Below, one piece after another: positions 38,501 through 51,500 of a stretch of DNA of 64,000 bases. Within the stretch, counting starts at the first letter, position 1, and each line of letters opens with the position of its first letter. The notes beneath the pieces were generated by a model that did not search any database, was not told where the DNA came from, and was given only the letters and a program-made list of their open reading frames with translations. Both the position numbers and the translations under genes were made by a program. The DNA lies in contig JAUCBJ010001490.1 in assembly GCA_032718475.1 (NCBI GenBank), positions 1 to 64,000 on the forward strand. The letters run 5' to 3'. The stretch comes from Nemertoderma westbladi. Lineage: Eukaryota; Animalia; Xenacoelomorpha.

Positions 38501-41500
38501 CACACACAGAAACAAGTTTCGGAAACAAGTTGCAGAAACTTGTTGGACTCCTTGCCACAGAAAAAAGTTGCAGAAACTTGTTGGACTCCTCACCACAGAA
38601 ACAAGTTTCGGAAACAAGTTGCAGAAACTTATTGGACTCCTCACACACAGAAACAAGTTGCAGAAACGTGTTGCAGGACTCCCTCACACACAGAAACAAG
38701 TTTCGGAAACAAGTTGCAGAAACTTGTTGGACTCCTCACCACAGAAACAAATTGCAGAAACTTGTTGGACTCCTCGCCATTGAAACAAGTTTCGGAAACA
38801 AGTTGCAGAAACTTGTTGGACTCCTCGCCATAGAAACAAGTTTCGGAAACAAGTTGCAGAAACTTGTTGGACTCCTCACCACAGAAACAAGTTTCGGAAA
38901 CAAGTTGCAGAAACTTGTTGGACTCCTCACCACAGAAACAAGTTTCGGAAACAAGTTGCAGAAACTTGTTGGACTCCTCGCCATAGAAACAAGTTTCGGA
39001 AACAAGTTGCAGAAACTTGTTGGACTCCTCACACACAGAAACAAGTTTCGGAAACAAGTTGCAGAAACTTGTTGGACTCCTCACCACAGAAACAAGTTTC
39101 GGAAACAAGTTGCAGAGACTTATTGGACTCCTCACACACAGAAACAAGTTTTGGAAACAAGTTGCAGAAACGTGTTGCTGGACTCCCTCACACACAGAAA
39201 CAAGTTGCAGAAACTTGTTGGAATCCTCACCACAGAAACAAGTTTCGGAAACAAGTTACAGAAACGTGTTGCTGGACTCCCTCACACACAGAAACAAGTT
39301 TCGGAAACAAGTTGTAGAAAGTTGTTGGACTCCTCACCACAGAAGCAAGTTTCGGAAACAAGTTGCAGAAACGCGTTGCTGGACTCCCTCACACACAGAA
39401 ACAAGTTTCGGAAACAAGTTGTAGAAACTTGTTGGACTCCTCACCACAGAAACAAGTTTCGGAAACAAGTTGCAGAAACTTGTTGGACTCCTCACCACAG
39501 AAACAAATTTCGGAAACAAGTTGCAGAAACTTGTTGGACTCCTCGCCATAGAAACAAGTTTCGGAAACAAGTTGCAGAAACTTGTTGGACTCTTCATACA
39601 CAGAAACAAGTTTCGGAAACAAGTTGCAGGAACTTGTTGCTGGACTCTTCACACACAAAAACAAGTTTCAGAAACTTGATGCTGGGCTCCTCACACACAG
39701 AAACAAGATTCGGAAACAAGTTGCAGAAACTTGTTGCTGGGCTCCTCACACACAAAACAAGTTTCGGAAACAAGTTGTAGAAACCTGTTGCTGGACTCTT
39801 CCACACAGAAACAAGTTGCAGAAATTTGTTTGATTCCTCGCCACAGAAACAAGTTTCGGAAACAATTTGCAGAAACTTGTTGCTGGACTCCTCACACACA
39901 GAAACGAGTTTCGTAAACAAGTTGCAGGAACTTGTTGGACTCCTCACACACAGAAACAAGTTTCGCAAACAAGTTGCAGGAACTTGTTGGACTCCTCACA
40001 CACAGAAACAAGTTTCGCAAACAAGTTGCAGAAACTTGTTGGACTCCTCACACACAGAAAGAAGTTTCGGAAACAAGTTGCAGGAACTTGTTGGACTCCT
40101 CACACACAGAAACAATTTGCAGAAACTTGTTGCTGGACTCCTCACACACAGAAACAAGTTTCGTAAACAAGTTGCAGGAACTTGTTGGACTCCTCACACA
40201 CAGAAACAAGTTTCGCAAACAAGTTGCAGGAACTTGTTGGACTCCTCACACACAGAAACAAGTTTCGCAAACAAGTTGCAGAAACTTGTTGGACTCCTCA
40301 CACACAGAAAGAAGTTTCGGAAACAAGTTGCAGGAACTTGTTGGACTCCTCACACACAGAAACAATTTGCAGAAACTTGTTGCTGGACTCCTCACACACA
40401 GAAACAAGTTTCGGAAACCAGTTGCAGAAACTTGTTGCTGTTGGACTCCTCACACACAGAAACAATTTGCAGAAACTTGTTGCTGGACTCCTCACACACA
40501 GAAACAAGTTTCGGAAACAAGTTGCAGGAACTTGTTGGACTCCTCACACACAGAAACAATTTGCAGAAACTTGTTGCTGGACTCCTCACACACAGAAACA
40601 AGTTTCGTAAACAAGTTGCAGGAACTTGTTGGACTCCTCACACACAGAAACAAGTTTCGCAAACAAGTTGCAGGAACTTGTTGGACTCCTCACACACAGA
40701 AACAATTTGCAGAAACTTGTTGCTGGACTCCTCACACACAGAAACAAGTTTCGGAAACCAGTTGCAGAAACTTGTTGCTGTTGGACTCCTCACACACAGA
40801 AACAATTTGCAGAAACTTGTTGCTGGACTCCTCACACACAGAAACAAGTTTCGGAAACAAGTTGCAGGAACTTGTTGGACTCCTCACACACAGAAACAAT
40901 TTGCAGAAACTTGTTGCTGGACTCCTCACACACAGAAACGAGTTTCGTAAACAAGTTGCAGGAACTTGTTGGACTCCTCACACACAGAAACAAGTTTCGC
41001 AAACAAGTTGCAGAAACTTGTTGGACTCCTCACACACAGAAACAATTTGCAGAAACTTGTTGCTGGACTCCTCACACACAGAAACAAGTTTCGGAAACCA
41101 GTTGCAGAAACTTGTTGCTGTTGGACTCCTCACACACAGAAACAATTTGCAGAAACTTGTTGCTGGACTCCTCACACACAGAAACAAGTTTCGGAAACAA
41201 GTTGCAGGAACTTGTTGGACTCCTCACACACAGAAACAATTTGCAGAAACTTGTTGCTGGACTCCTCACACACAGAAACAAGTTTCCGAAACCAGTTGCA
41301 GAAACTTGTTGGACTCCTCACACACAGAAACAATTTGCAGAAACTTGTTGCTGGACTCCTCACACACAGAAACAAGTTTCGGAAACCAGTTGCAGAAACT
41401 TGTTGGACTCTTCATACACAGAAACAAGTTTCGGAAACAAGTTGCAGGAACTTGTTGGACTCCTCACACACAGAAACAATTTGCAGAAACTTGTTGCTGG

Positions 41501-44492
41501 ACTCCTCACACACAGAAACAACTTTCGGAAACCAGTTGCAGAAACTTGTTGGACTCTTCATACACAGAAACAAGTTTCGGAAACAAGTTGCAGGAACTTG
41601 TTGCTGGACTCTTCACACACAAAAACAAGTTTCAGAAACTTGATGCTGGACTCCTCACACACAGAAACAAGATTCGGAAACAAGTTGCAGAAACGTGTTG
41701 CTGGGCTCCTCACACACAAAACAAGTTTCGGAAACAAGTTGTAGAAACCTGTTGCTGGACTCTTCCACACAGAAACAAGTTGCAGAAATTTGTTTGATTC
41801 CTCGCCACAGAAACAAGTTTCGGAAACAAGTTGCAGCAACTTGTTGCTGGGCTCCTCACACACAAAACAAGTTTCGGAAACAAGTTGTAGAAACTTGTTG
41901 CTGGACTCCTCACCACAGAAACAAGTTTCGGAAACAAGTTGCAGAAACTTGTTGGACTCCTCACACACAGAAACAAGTTGCAGAAACGTGTTGCTGGACT
42001 CCCTCACACACAGAAACAAGTTTCGGAAACAAGTTGCAGAAACTTGTTGGACTCCTCGCCACAGAAAAAAGTTGCAGAAACTTGTTGGACTCCTCACCAC
42101 AGAAACAAGTTTCAGAAACAAGTTGCAGAAACTTATTGGACTCCTCACACACAGAAACAAGTTTCGCAAACAAGTTGCAGGAACTTGTTGGACTCCTCCC
42201 ACACAGAAACAATTTGCAGAAACTTGTTGCTGGACTCCTCACACACAGAAACAAGTTTCGGAAACCAGTTGCAGAAACTTGTTGCTGTTGGACTCCTCAC
42301 ACACAGAAACAATTTGCAGAAACTTGTTGCTGGACTCCTCACACACAGAAACAAGTTTCGGAAACAAGTTGCAGGAACTTGTTGGACTCCTCACACACAG
42401 AAACAATTTGCAGAAACTTGTTGCTGGACTCCTCACACACAGAAACAAGTTTCCGAAACCAGTTGCAGAAACTTGTTGGACTCCTCACACACAGAAACAA
42501 TTTGCAGAAACTTGTTGCTGGACTCCTCACACACAGAAACAAGTTTCGGAAACCAGTTGCAGAAACTTGTTGGACTCTTCATACACAGAAACAAGTTTCG
42601 GAAACAAGTTGCAGGAACTTGTTGGACTCCTCACACACAGAAACAATTTGCAGAAACTTGTTGCTGGACTCCTCACACACAGAAACAACTTTCGGAAACC
42701 AGTTGCAGAAACTTGTTGGACTCTTCATACACAGAAACAAGTTTCGGAAACAAGTTGCAGGAACTTGTAGCTGGACTCTTCACACACAAAAACAAGTTTC
42801 AGAAACTTGATGCTGGGCTCCTCACACACAGAAACAAGTTTCGGAAACAAGTTTCAGAAACTTGTTGCCGGACTCATCACACACAGAAACAAGATTCGGA
42901 AACAAGTTGCAGAAACGTGTTGCTGGGCTCCTCACACACAAAACAAGTTTCGGAAACAAGTTGTAGAAACCTGTTGCTGGACTCTTCCACACAGAAACAA
43001 GTTGCAGAAATTTGTTTGATTCCTCGCCACAGAAACAAGTTTCGGAAACAAGTTGCAGCAACTTGTTGCTGCAACTTGTTGGACTCTTCATACACAGAAA
43101 CAAGTTTCGGAAACAAGTTGCAGGAACTTGTAGGTGGACTCTTCACACACAAAACAAGTTTCGGAAACAAGTTGTAGAAACTTGTTGCTGGACTCCTCAC
43201 CACAGAAACAAGTTTCGGAAACAAGTTGCAGAAACTTGTTGGACTCCTCACACACAGAAACAAGTTGCAGAAACGTGTTGCTGGACTCCCTCACACACAG
43301 AAACAAGTTTCGGAAACAAGTTGCAGAAACTTGTTGGACTCCTCACACACAGAAACAAGTTTCGGAAACAAGTTGCAGAAACTTGTTGGACTCCTTGCCA
43401 CAGAAAAAAGTTGCAGAAACTTGTTGGACTCCTCACCACAGAAACAAGTTTCGGAAACAAGTTGCAGAAACTTATTGGACTCCTCACACACAGAAACAAG
43501 TTGCAGAAACGTGTTGCAGGACTCCCTCACACACAGAAACAAGTTTCGGAAACAAGTTGCAGAAACTTGTTGGACTCCTCACCACAGAAACAAATTGCAG
43601 AAACTTGTTGGACTCCTCGCCATTGAAACAAGTTTCGGAAACAAGTTGCAGAAACTTGTTGGACTCCTCGCCATAGAAACAAGTTTCGGAAACAAGTTGC
43701 AGAAACTTGTTGGACTCCTCACCACAGAAACAAGTTTCGGAAACAAGTTGCAGAAACTTGTTGGACTCCTCACCACAGAAACAAGTTTCGGAAACAAGTT
43801 GCAGAAACTTGTTGGACTCCTCGCCATAGAAACAAGTTTCGGAAACAAGTTGCAGAAACTTGTTGGACTCCTCACACACAGAAACAAGTTTCGGAAACAA
43901 GTTGCAGAAACTTGTTGGACTCCTCACCACAGAAACAAGTTTCGGAAACAAGTTGCAGAGACTTATTGGACTCCTCACACACAGAAACAAGTTTTGGAAA
44001 CAAGTTGCAGAAACGTGTTGCTGGACTCCCTCACACACAGAAACAAGTTGCAGAAACTTGTTGGAATCCTCACCACAGAAACAAGTTTCGGAAACAAGTT
44101 ACAGAAACGTGTTGCTGGACTCCCTCACACACAGAAACAAGTTTCGGAAACAAGTTGTAGAAAGTTGTTGGACTCCTCACCACAGAAACAAGTTTCGGAA
44201 ACAAGTTGCAGAAACGCGTTGCTGGACTCCCTCACACACAGAAACAAGTTTCGGAAACAAGTTGTAGAAACTTGTTGGACTCCTCACCACAGAAACAAGT
44301 TTCGGAAACAAGTTGCAGAAACTTGTTGGACTCCTCACCACAGAAACAAATTTCGGAAACAAGTTGCAGAAACTTGTTGGACTCCTCGCCATAGAAACAA
44401 GTTTCGGAAACAAGTTGCAGAAACTTGTTGGACTCCTCACACACAGAAACAAGTTTCGGAAACAAGTTGCAGAAACTTGTTGGACTCCTCAC
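32583..44492. repeat. Complex satellite (39-55 bp monomers built from 13-bp subunits), left arm
   Basis: Consensus GGACTCCTCACACACAGAAACAAGTTTCGGAAACAAGTTGCAGAAACTTGTT. Contains multi-kb higher-order duplications. Confidence 0.98.
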
Positions 44493-45015
44493 TGTTAGCT
44501 TATTCAATCCCGCCAACACCCCATAAAGTTATAAGCCGATAAGCAATATTGGGAGCCACGAGATTGGGCAATTAACCAACTCGTGCCATCCCAATGAGAG
44601 TGGGAAGGAAGCACACAATAGAGGGTCAGGGGCCAAACCCCTAACCCAGAGAACACAGGTGGAGTGAACGGGAATACTCCACGGGGCGCCAACAAGGGTA
44701 TTAACCAATCAGAGGGGGGGAATGGCATCGATTGAGTAGCAGTAAGGCCACCGTGCAATATAACCAATAACCTATTAATCAGTGATTCAGTTATCTCAGT
44801 GTAGCAGTGCTAGCGTAGGTTGGTAGTCAATTAGTTTAGTTAGGGGATCACGGGACTTTAGTTACCGTATCCCGCCTTGTACACATTATATCTATATCTA
44901 TATCCTATGCCCTATTATTATTATACACCGAACTTCAGAACTCAGTTACTTTATTTCACCCTTATACACGGCGGGGACGCGTGGACTAAATTACCACATC
45001 GGATAAATCGGCACA
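44493..45015 (+). repeat. 5' LTR (523 bp; 19-bp deletion near its 3' end relative to the 3' LTR)
   Basis: TGTTAGCTTATT...ATAAATCGGCACA. Nearly identical to 58895-59436 but lacks GATCCCTCCTGGATCCCGT. Confidence 0.95.
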
Positions 45016-45024
45016 GTAACTAAA
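45016..45024 (+). promoter_or_regulatory. Non-canonical primer-binding site GTAACTAAA
   Basis: Directly follows the LTR with no TGG. Reverse complement of TTTAGTTAC at 44857-44865 in the LTR. Repeated at 48345-48353. Confidence 0.6.
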
Positions 45025-45095
45025 TCCGAGCTGCCGCCCCAGTTAAACTCTAAGAACTACACTGCTAGCTAGCCGAACTCCACCGACCAGACGAG

Positions 45096-47978
45096 ATGAG
45101 TGAATCGGGCGAGACACCGACGCGGACCCCGGACGAAGATCAAACGATCCGCGAGGCCGCGACCAAGCGATACAGGCCCACGACGCCGGAGCCATCGATA
45201 ACGGGCGAACCGGAAGTCCAGAACGAGGAGAGTCTGGAACCCGAAGTCGAGCCAAGAGAGAAAGGGAGCGAGATGGAGGGAGATGGAGACGAGTCGACAC
45301 GGGACGGAGAACGGCGCGCCGATGTCGCCGGCCAGCTACCGGCCGAGGGCGACGAGCGGCCCACCGAAACGGCGACGGTGGGGCCGACGGTGCGACGCCG
45401 GACGCGAAGAGATGGAGGAGAGATCGGTACCGATGTCGCCGGCCAGCTACAGGCCGAGGGCGACGGACGGCCCACCGGAACGGCGACGGTGGAGCCGCCG
45501 GTACGACGTCGAACCCGGAGGGACGGAGGAGAGGTCGGCGACGAGGATGTCGGGGTTTCAGAGCGACTTCGACGGGCCTACAACGCGACCCGGAAGCTGA
45601 TGAAGGACGCCAAGAAGGAAGGGGCGAAGGTAGACGAGGTGAGACTGAGAAAGCGACTAGGTGAGTCGGATAGACACTTTAATTATCTAATACGTTTTGG
45701 GCAGAGAGAACTAGCCGAAACGAGAGCACATGAGATTGCCGGGGAACTGTTTGAACTATGGGAATGTGGGAGTGTGGAACCTAGCGTAGCGTCAGTGTAC
45801 ATAGGGCCATACTTGGTCGATGCCTGGGGAGTAAAACCAGTAGGTTGGAGGGGACTCGAAGGGGGCGAATCCGAGGTTAACCCCGAGGATTCGGCCTCGT
45901 CGGTCGGAGAAAGCTCCGGGAAGCAGGGGAAAGTCAGTAGGTCGGGAAGGCGGGGGAAATCCGTCGTAACCGATAAGTCTGTTACATCCTCCGCGAAAGA
46001 AAGAGCGGTGAGAGAAATAGGTGCCGCATACCGTCTCAGCATGGCAGAGCAAGGTCATAGAGAAATGAAGGAACGGCTAGAGGAAGGGAGAGTGCGGTTA
46101 GAGAGGGAAACGGCATTGCTTAAAGAAACCGGAGAGAGGGCCGAAAGGGCTTTGAAAAGCCTAAGGGAGTATGATGAGATAGAGGAAAGGGAGTGTAGGG
46201 AGCGTGAGGCAAGGGAGGAAAGGGAACGCAAGGAGCGTGAGGCGGAACGCAAGGAGCGTGAGGCGAGAGAGGAAAGGGAACGCAAGGAGCGTGAGGCAAG
46301 GGAGGAAAGGGAACGCAAGGAGCGTGAGGCGGAACGCAAGGAGCGTGAGGCAAGGGAGGAAAAGGAATGCAAAGAGCGCGAAGTGAGACGAAGGGAGAGC
46401 ATTAAGAGTGCTGCAGAGTCGGCCATCAGGGACATCCAGGAGCGTGAGAGGAGAATGGCAGAGACTGAAAAAGAGCGCAAGGAATTAGAGAGACGGCAGA
46501 GTGAGTTTGCGGGAGATAAGATTAGACGGGCACACGAGCTGCAACTGGTGCGAGCGTCGCCGTCTGAAAGCGGGGCCGGCTCGAGTATTTTTAGGGAGCC
46601 GGGGGCCGTAGATACATTTATTAATACCCCACTGACAGGGACCGCACGACAGACTCAAGACTGGTGCGACCGTACGGGCGGGGGGGGGGGGGGGGTAATA
46701 ATAATAATGGTACAGTAGACGTTGTTGATATTGATAATACCGTATGGGACAACACTAATCAAACCTTTATTACAGGGAATGCTTTACATAGTGGTAGTAA
46801 TTTAAATTTAAATCAGAACGCCCCTAGTATTAATGTAGGAAATAATTCTGATATTAATGTAGCTACGCAAAATAATTCAAATAATCAAAATAATAACCCA
46901 GATTCGAATCTACAAAATAATTTAAATAACGCAATTACGCAAAATAATTAGAATAATTTAAATAATGACCTATGCCCGAATTTACAAAATAATTCAGATA
47001 ACGTAGTCGTGCAAAATAATACAAATAACTTTGTTCCAAACGAGCAAAATAATTCCGTTTCCAATATGGGTGCTATTAATGTAAACACGTCGGGCCTACA
47101 TAACCAGGGAGCAGAGGGCCTGGTAGGCCACGTAGTTAGTAGACAGGGAGCAGAGGGCCTGGTAGGCCACGTAGTTAGTAGACAGGGAGCAGAGGGCCTG
47201 GTAGGCCACGTAGTTGGTAGGCAGGGAGTAGAGGGCCTGGTAGGCCATGTAGTTGGTAGGCAGGGAGTAGAGGGCCTGGTAGGCCACGCAATAGCAGAGG
47301 GAGAGGCGGGGGTGAATGGACCCGACCGCAGTAGGGTTGATGTGTCGACTAGAGAGGTATATAATAGCGGGGAGAGAGGTAGCGAAGTTAGACGTAGCGA
47401 GTGGGGGGAGGGGGGGGGGGCTACGAGGACCCCACAACAGAGAGTTAGCGGCGAGAGGGGGGGGGGGGGCAGGGAGTGTCCCACAGCCGTCAGCGGATAA
47501 TGCGAGGGCCGAAATAGGTAAACCGCAACGACCGGCGACGGAAAGTAATAGGGGGATCGCGAGTATCCCCAGCGGCGTGCGACCGAGCAGAGAGAGACAG
47601 GTTGATGTCGCGAGAGGGCGGACGAAGCGTCGAGCCCGATCAGAGGAGGGAAGAAGAACAGTGGGGTTTAACCGGGAGGTCGACGAGAGATCTCGCGAGC
47701 GGGAATATTCCACTGATAGGAGAAGAAAGGAAGACAGTAGTAGAAGTATCGCCGCAAACGATAGAAGAGTGAGAATGGATAGCGAGCCGTCGGTGGTCGA
47801 GATGAGAACGGAGAGTCAGTGGGGTCGGACTCCGGGAGATTGCCGTCGCCCCGGAGGGATGCGACCCGGTGAGATGCATTACACGCCGAGAGAGGGGTAC
47901 ATGATGTACCGGTACGAAGATGAGAACAATAGAGGGTCAGGGGCCAAACCCCTAACCCAGAGAACACAGGTGGAGTGA
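45096..47978 (+). pseudogene. Disrupted N-terminal extension of gag (E/R/K coiled coil, Asn-rich tract, 39-bp repeats)
   Basis: ORFs 45096-46718, 46664-46951, 47009-47500 and 47316-47978 join via frameshifts at poly-G runs and one in-frame TAG (46949-46951). Runs into the internal LTR. Confidence 0.65.
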
Positions 47979-48344
47979 ACGGGAATACTCCACGGGGCGC
48001 CAACAAGGGTATTAACCAATCAGAGGGGGGAATGGCATCGATTGAGTAGCAGTAAGGCCACCGTGCAATATAACCAATAACCTATTAATCAGTGATTCAG
48101 TTATCTCAGTGTAGCAGTGCTAGCGTAGGTTGGTAGTCAATTAGTTTAGTTAGGGGATCACGGGACTTTAGTTACCGTATCCCGCCTTGTACACATTATA
48201 TCTATATCTATATCCTATGCCCTATTATTATTATACACCGAACTTCAGAACTCAGTTACTTTATTTCACCCTTATACACGGCGGGGACGCGTGGACTAAA
48301 TTACCACATCGGATAAATCGGGATCCCTCCTGGATCCCGTCACA
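47926..48344 (+). repeat. Internal, 5'-truncated third LTR copy (LTR positions ~123-542) followed by a second PBS
   Basis: Near-identical to the terminal LTRs from ACAATAGAGGGTCAGG to GATCCCGTCACA, followed by GTAACTAAA. Confidence 0.95.
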
Positions 48345-48507
48345 GTAACTAAAACGTTTTAAAAAAAAAACAGTACGAAGGTGAAGGCAGTAGAGGGGGG
48401 GGGGGGGTCGAAGAGAAACTTTCCGACGGAATACACCTATCGATCGAGACTACGGTAGCCGCGGGGAGGATTATTCGAGAAGAATAAACTTCGATCCCGA
48501 GCAACAC

Positions 48508-51500
48508 ATGCAGACTGTAGGGCATACTGTAGGTCTTACTGCACATACCGTAGGCCACACTGAGAGAGGCAATGTAGGCGATAGGATAGCGCGGACGACG
48601 GAATTAAACCCGGAAGTCGCGGAATACGTACCGGCGAGTAGGCCAGAAGCTGATAGGCCTATACCGGTACCAACACAGCAGTATGACTACAGCATGCAGG
48701 GACATAACATATACCCAGGGGAGGGGGGAATTATTGCGGATAGGTGCATGGGCCCCAACATATTAACATCAACCCCATTACCAAACATACCGGTGGGGGG
48801 GGGACAGGGTGACATTCCCCCATCACAATATCAACAATATACCCCGATGGTAGCAAGAACAACGAGACCCCTGGACGAAAACAGATCGTGTGACACAGAT
48901 ATATGGAGGGGGCCGCTACCCCCAATGACATACCCAAGCCAGAGAAGGTCAAGAAGTAGGACAGACGGAACGCACCAAACAGGGGAAACTATACAGCACC
49001 CGTCGAATCCATTGGAAGCGCAGGCGATAGGGATGGCCACGTTGATCGATGCTTTGAAAACGAGGATCGAGTTACCACCCGTGGAACCATTCAAGTTCGA
49101 CGGGAGTAGGCCGGAAGAATATTTACAATTTCGGCGAATGTATAGTAACGAAATACTAACAAAAAACTTGACGCAGGCGGAGTGCCTAAAGTATCTACAA
49201 GTGTACACGGGAGGCCCAGCATACGATATCGTGAGGCAATATCAGGGAATAGAGGGCGGCTTCACGACAGCATGGCGGGCACTGGATAGGGAATACGGGC
49301 ACCCGGCCAAGATCATCAGGCAGACGCTGAGAGGCATAACATCGGGTGGCCTACAGGATAACCCCGTTAGCATCAAGGCGTTTGCTAACAAAGTCGAAAA
49401 GGCGCTAATCGTGCTGAAGACGCTAGACGCGCCGTACGAGCTCAACGCGTCCAACAACATCACCACGATAGCGCAGGCACTACCGAACTGGCTGCGCAAC
49501 AAGTGGAGGAAGATCGCTTTCTCCACTCGAGACAAGAAGGGTGCGGATGCGGAACCGGGTTTAGAAGAAATGTCAAACTTCTTAAATTACGAGGCTGAAC
49601 TAATAACGGACCCAGTCTATAGTGAAGATAGCCTGGGAAAGGGACCAAAGACAGATCACTACAGGCCGAAACCAGAGCACAATACATCAAACGCATTGCC
49701 GAGACTCAGGCAATCATTGCCATACGCAGCGACCCAGGGGACTGCAAGTCCACAGGCAAACGAAGACAAGACTACATCATGGAACGGACAGGGGAACAAT
49801 AACAACATGAATAAACATAACCCCAGTACGTCCAGTAGGCCAAATCCAGTCAATAAGAATAGTAGGGACTTTGGTACGAATATAACTGCGATACGCAATG
49901 CATTGTATAAAGAGGGCTACGACCCAAAGAGCAAATGCCAGTTACACGCAAATGCACTTCATAAAACCATGAACTGCAGGTACTGGCAGGCGCTACCGAG
50001 GCAAGACCAGATAGATTACGCGTCGAGCAATAAAATCTGCTCGCGATGTGTGAAGAGTGGACACAAGGCCAGGGAATGCCAAGAGAAGCCGGTCAAGTTT
50101 GGCCAAAGGAGAGGCCAAACGATGGCAACGAGCACGGTAGGGGCGAAGAAGAGAGGCACGGTGTTACTTGGAGTAGTACCGGTGCGAGTGATCGGGGAAG
50201 GCAATCGATCAGTAACAACACTAATGCTGGTTGATAGTGGAGCTGCCTTCACATTAGTCGAGGAATGGGTAGCCGAAGAAATAGGATTGAGAACAAGGCC
50301 AAGCAAAATGGCGGTAACAACCATCTCTAGCAAAGATGAGATCCTAGAGATGAGGACAGGACGGTGCGCAATTGCAGCAGTGGCACCAGGATGCGATTAT
50401 GGGGCAACCATCGACCCCATCCAAGTAATAGAGTCAATTAACATCAATGCCAGGCGGCCAACCAACATCGAGGTCGAGCAATACAAATTCCTGGACGACA
50501 TTGACTTCTCGATCCCAGACGTGGACGTTAGGAAGGTATCCATCATAGTAGGAATGGACTGCCCGACGGCCCACGAAAGAATGCAAACGGTCTTCGGCGA
50601 AGACAAGCAGAGCAACCCGGTGGCCATATTAACACCATTCGGGTGGACGCTGAGTGGTCCAATAAAGAGCAAGATACCATTTAGGATGTCGGAGACATCA
50701 GGATGCATGTTCGCGGGAACAATGCAGGAAATGGGCGATGAGGGAGCAGAGGAGCAGCTTAAAAGACTCCTCAGGCAAGATTTCGAGGGACTGAAAGAAA
50801 CCGGGGTTGGGACCTCGGTGGAAGACAAGCAGGCTCTACAAAGCGTGGAGGGATCAATGACATGCGATGAGGGACGGTATACTATAGGAATGGTATGGAA
50901 ACTACCGAAGATACCGTTACCCGACAATAGGGGGATGGTACTCACGAGACTCCGCAAACTGAAACAAACACTAAAACGGAGCCCCGAGAAGAATGAGTAC
51001 ATCCACAGGACGATTAAGAAGTACGTCGAGAAAGGATGGGCCGTGGAGTTACCGGTCGACGAGCCGAACACGGATAGAACATATTACCTGCCACTGCACG
51101 TGGCTTTAGATCCAAAGAAAGGTAAACTAAGGATGGTAGTCGACGCATCGGCGAAGACCGACGGAAAATGCTTAAATGATTACCTGTTGGAAGGCCCAAA
51201 TATTTACAATTCGGGCATAGAGGTGTTACTTAGATTTCGAAATGGGAAACACGCCTTCACGTGTGACATAGAAGGCATGTTCAACCAGGTCTGTGTAACG
51301 GAAGAAGACAGTGACAGTCAACGCTTCTTATGGTATAACGGCGAAGAAGAACCGCCGGTAATACCAGCGTATAAGATGGTAGTACAAAACATGGGGGCCA
51401 AGTCGTCCTCATTTACGACGACTATGGCAGTGAGAGACACGGTAAAGGGCAAGGAAGATAGATACAGCAGTAGGGCCGTCGATATGATCCGACGCGGCTT

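Noticed and set aside
32631-44542. Many long ORFs (up to 621 aa) in the left satellite arm
   Set aside because: The monomer is nearly stop-free in several frames. ORFs overlap on both strands and shift frame with monomer length, so they are artefacts.
47926-48344. Nested solo-LTR insertion by integrase
   Set aside because: It lacks the LTR 5' end and a TSD, and it carries the PBS, which integrase-mediated insertion would not leave.
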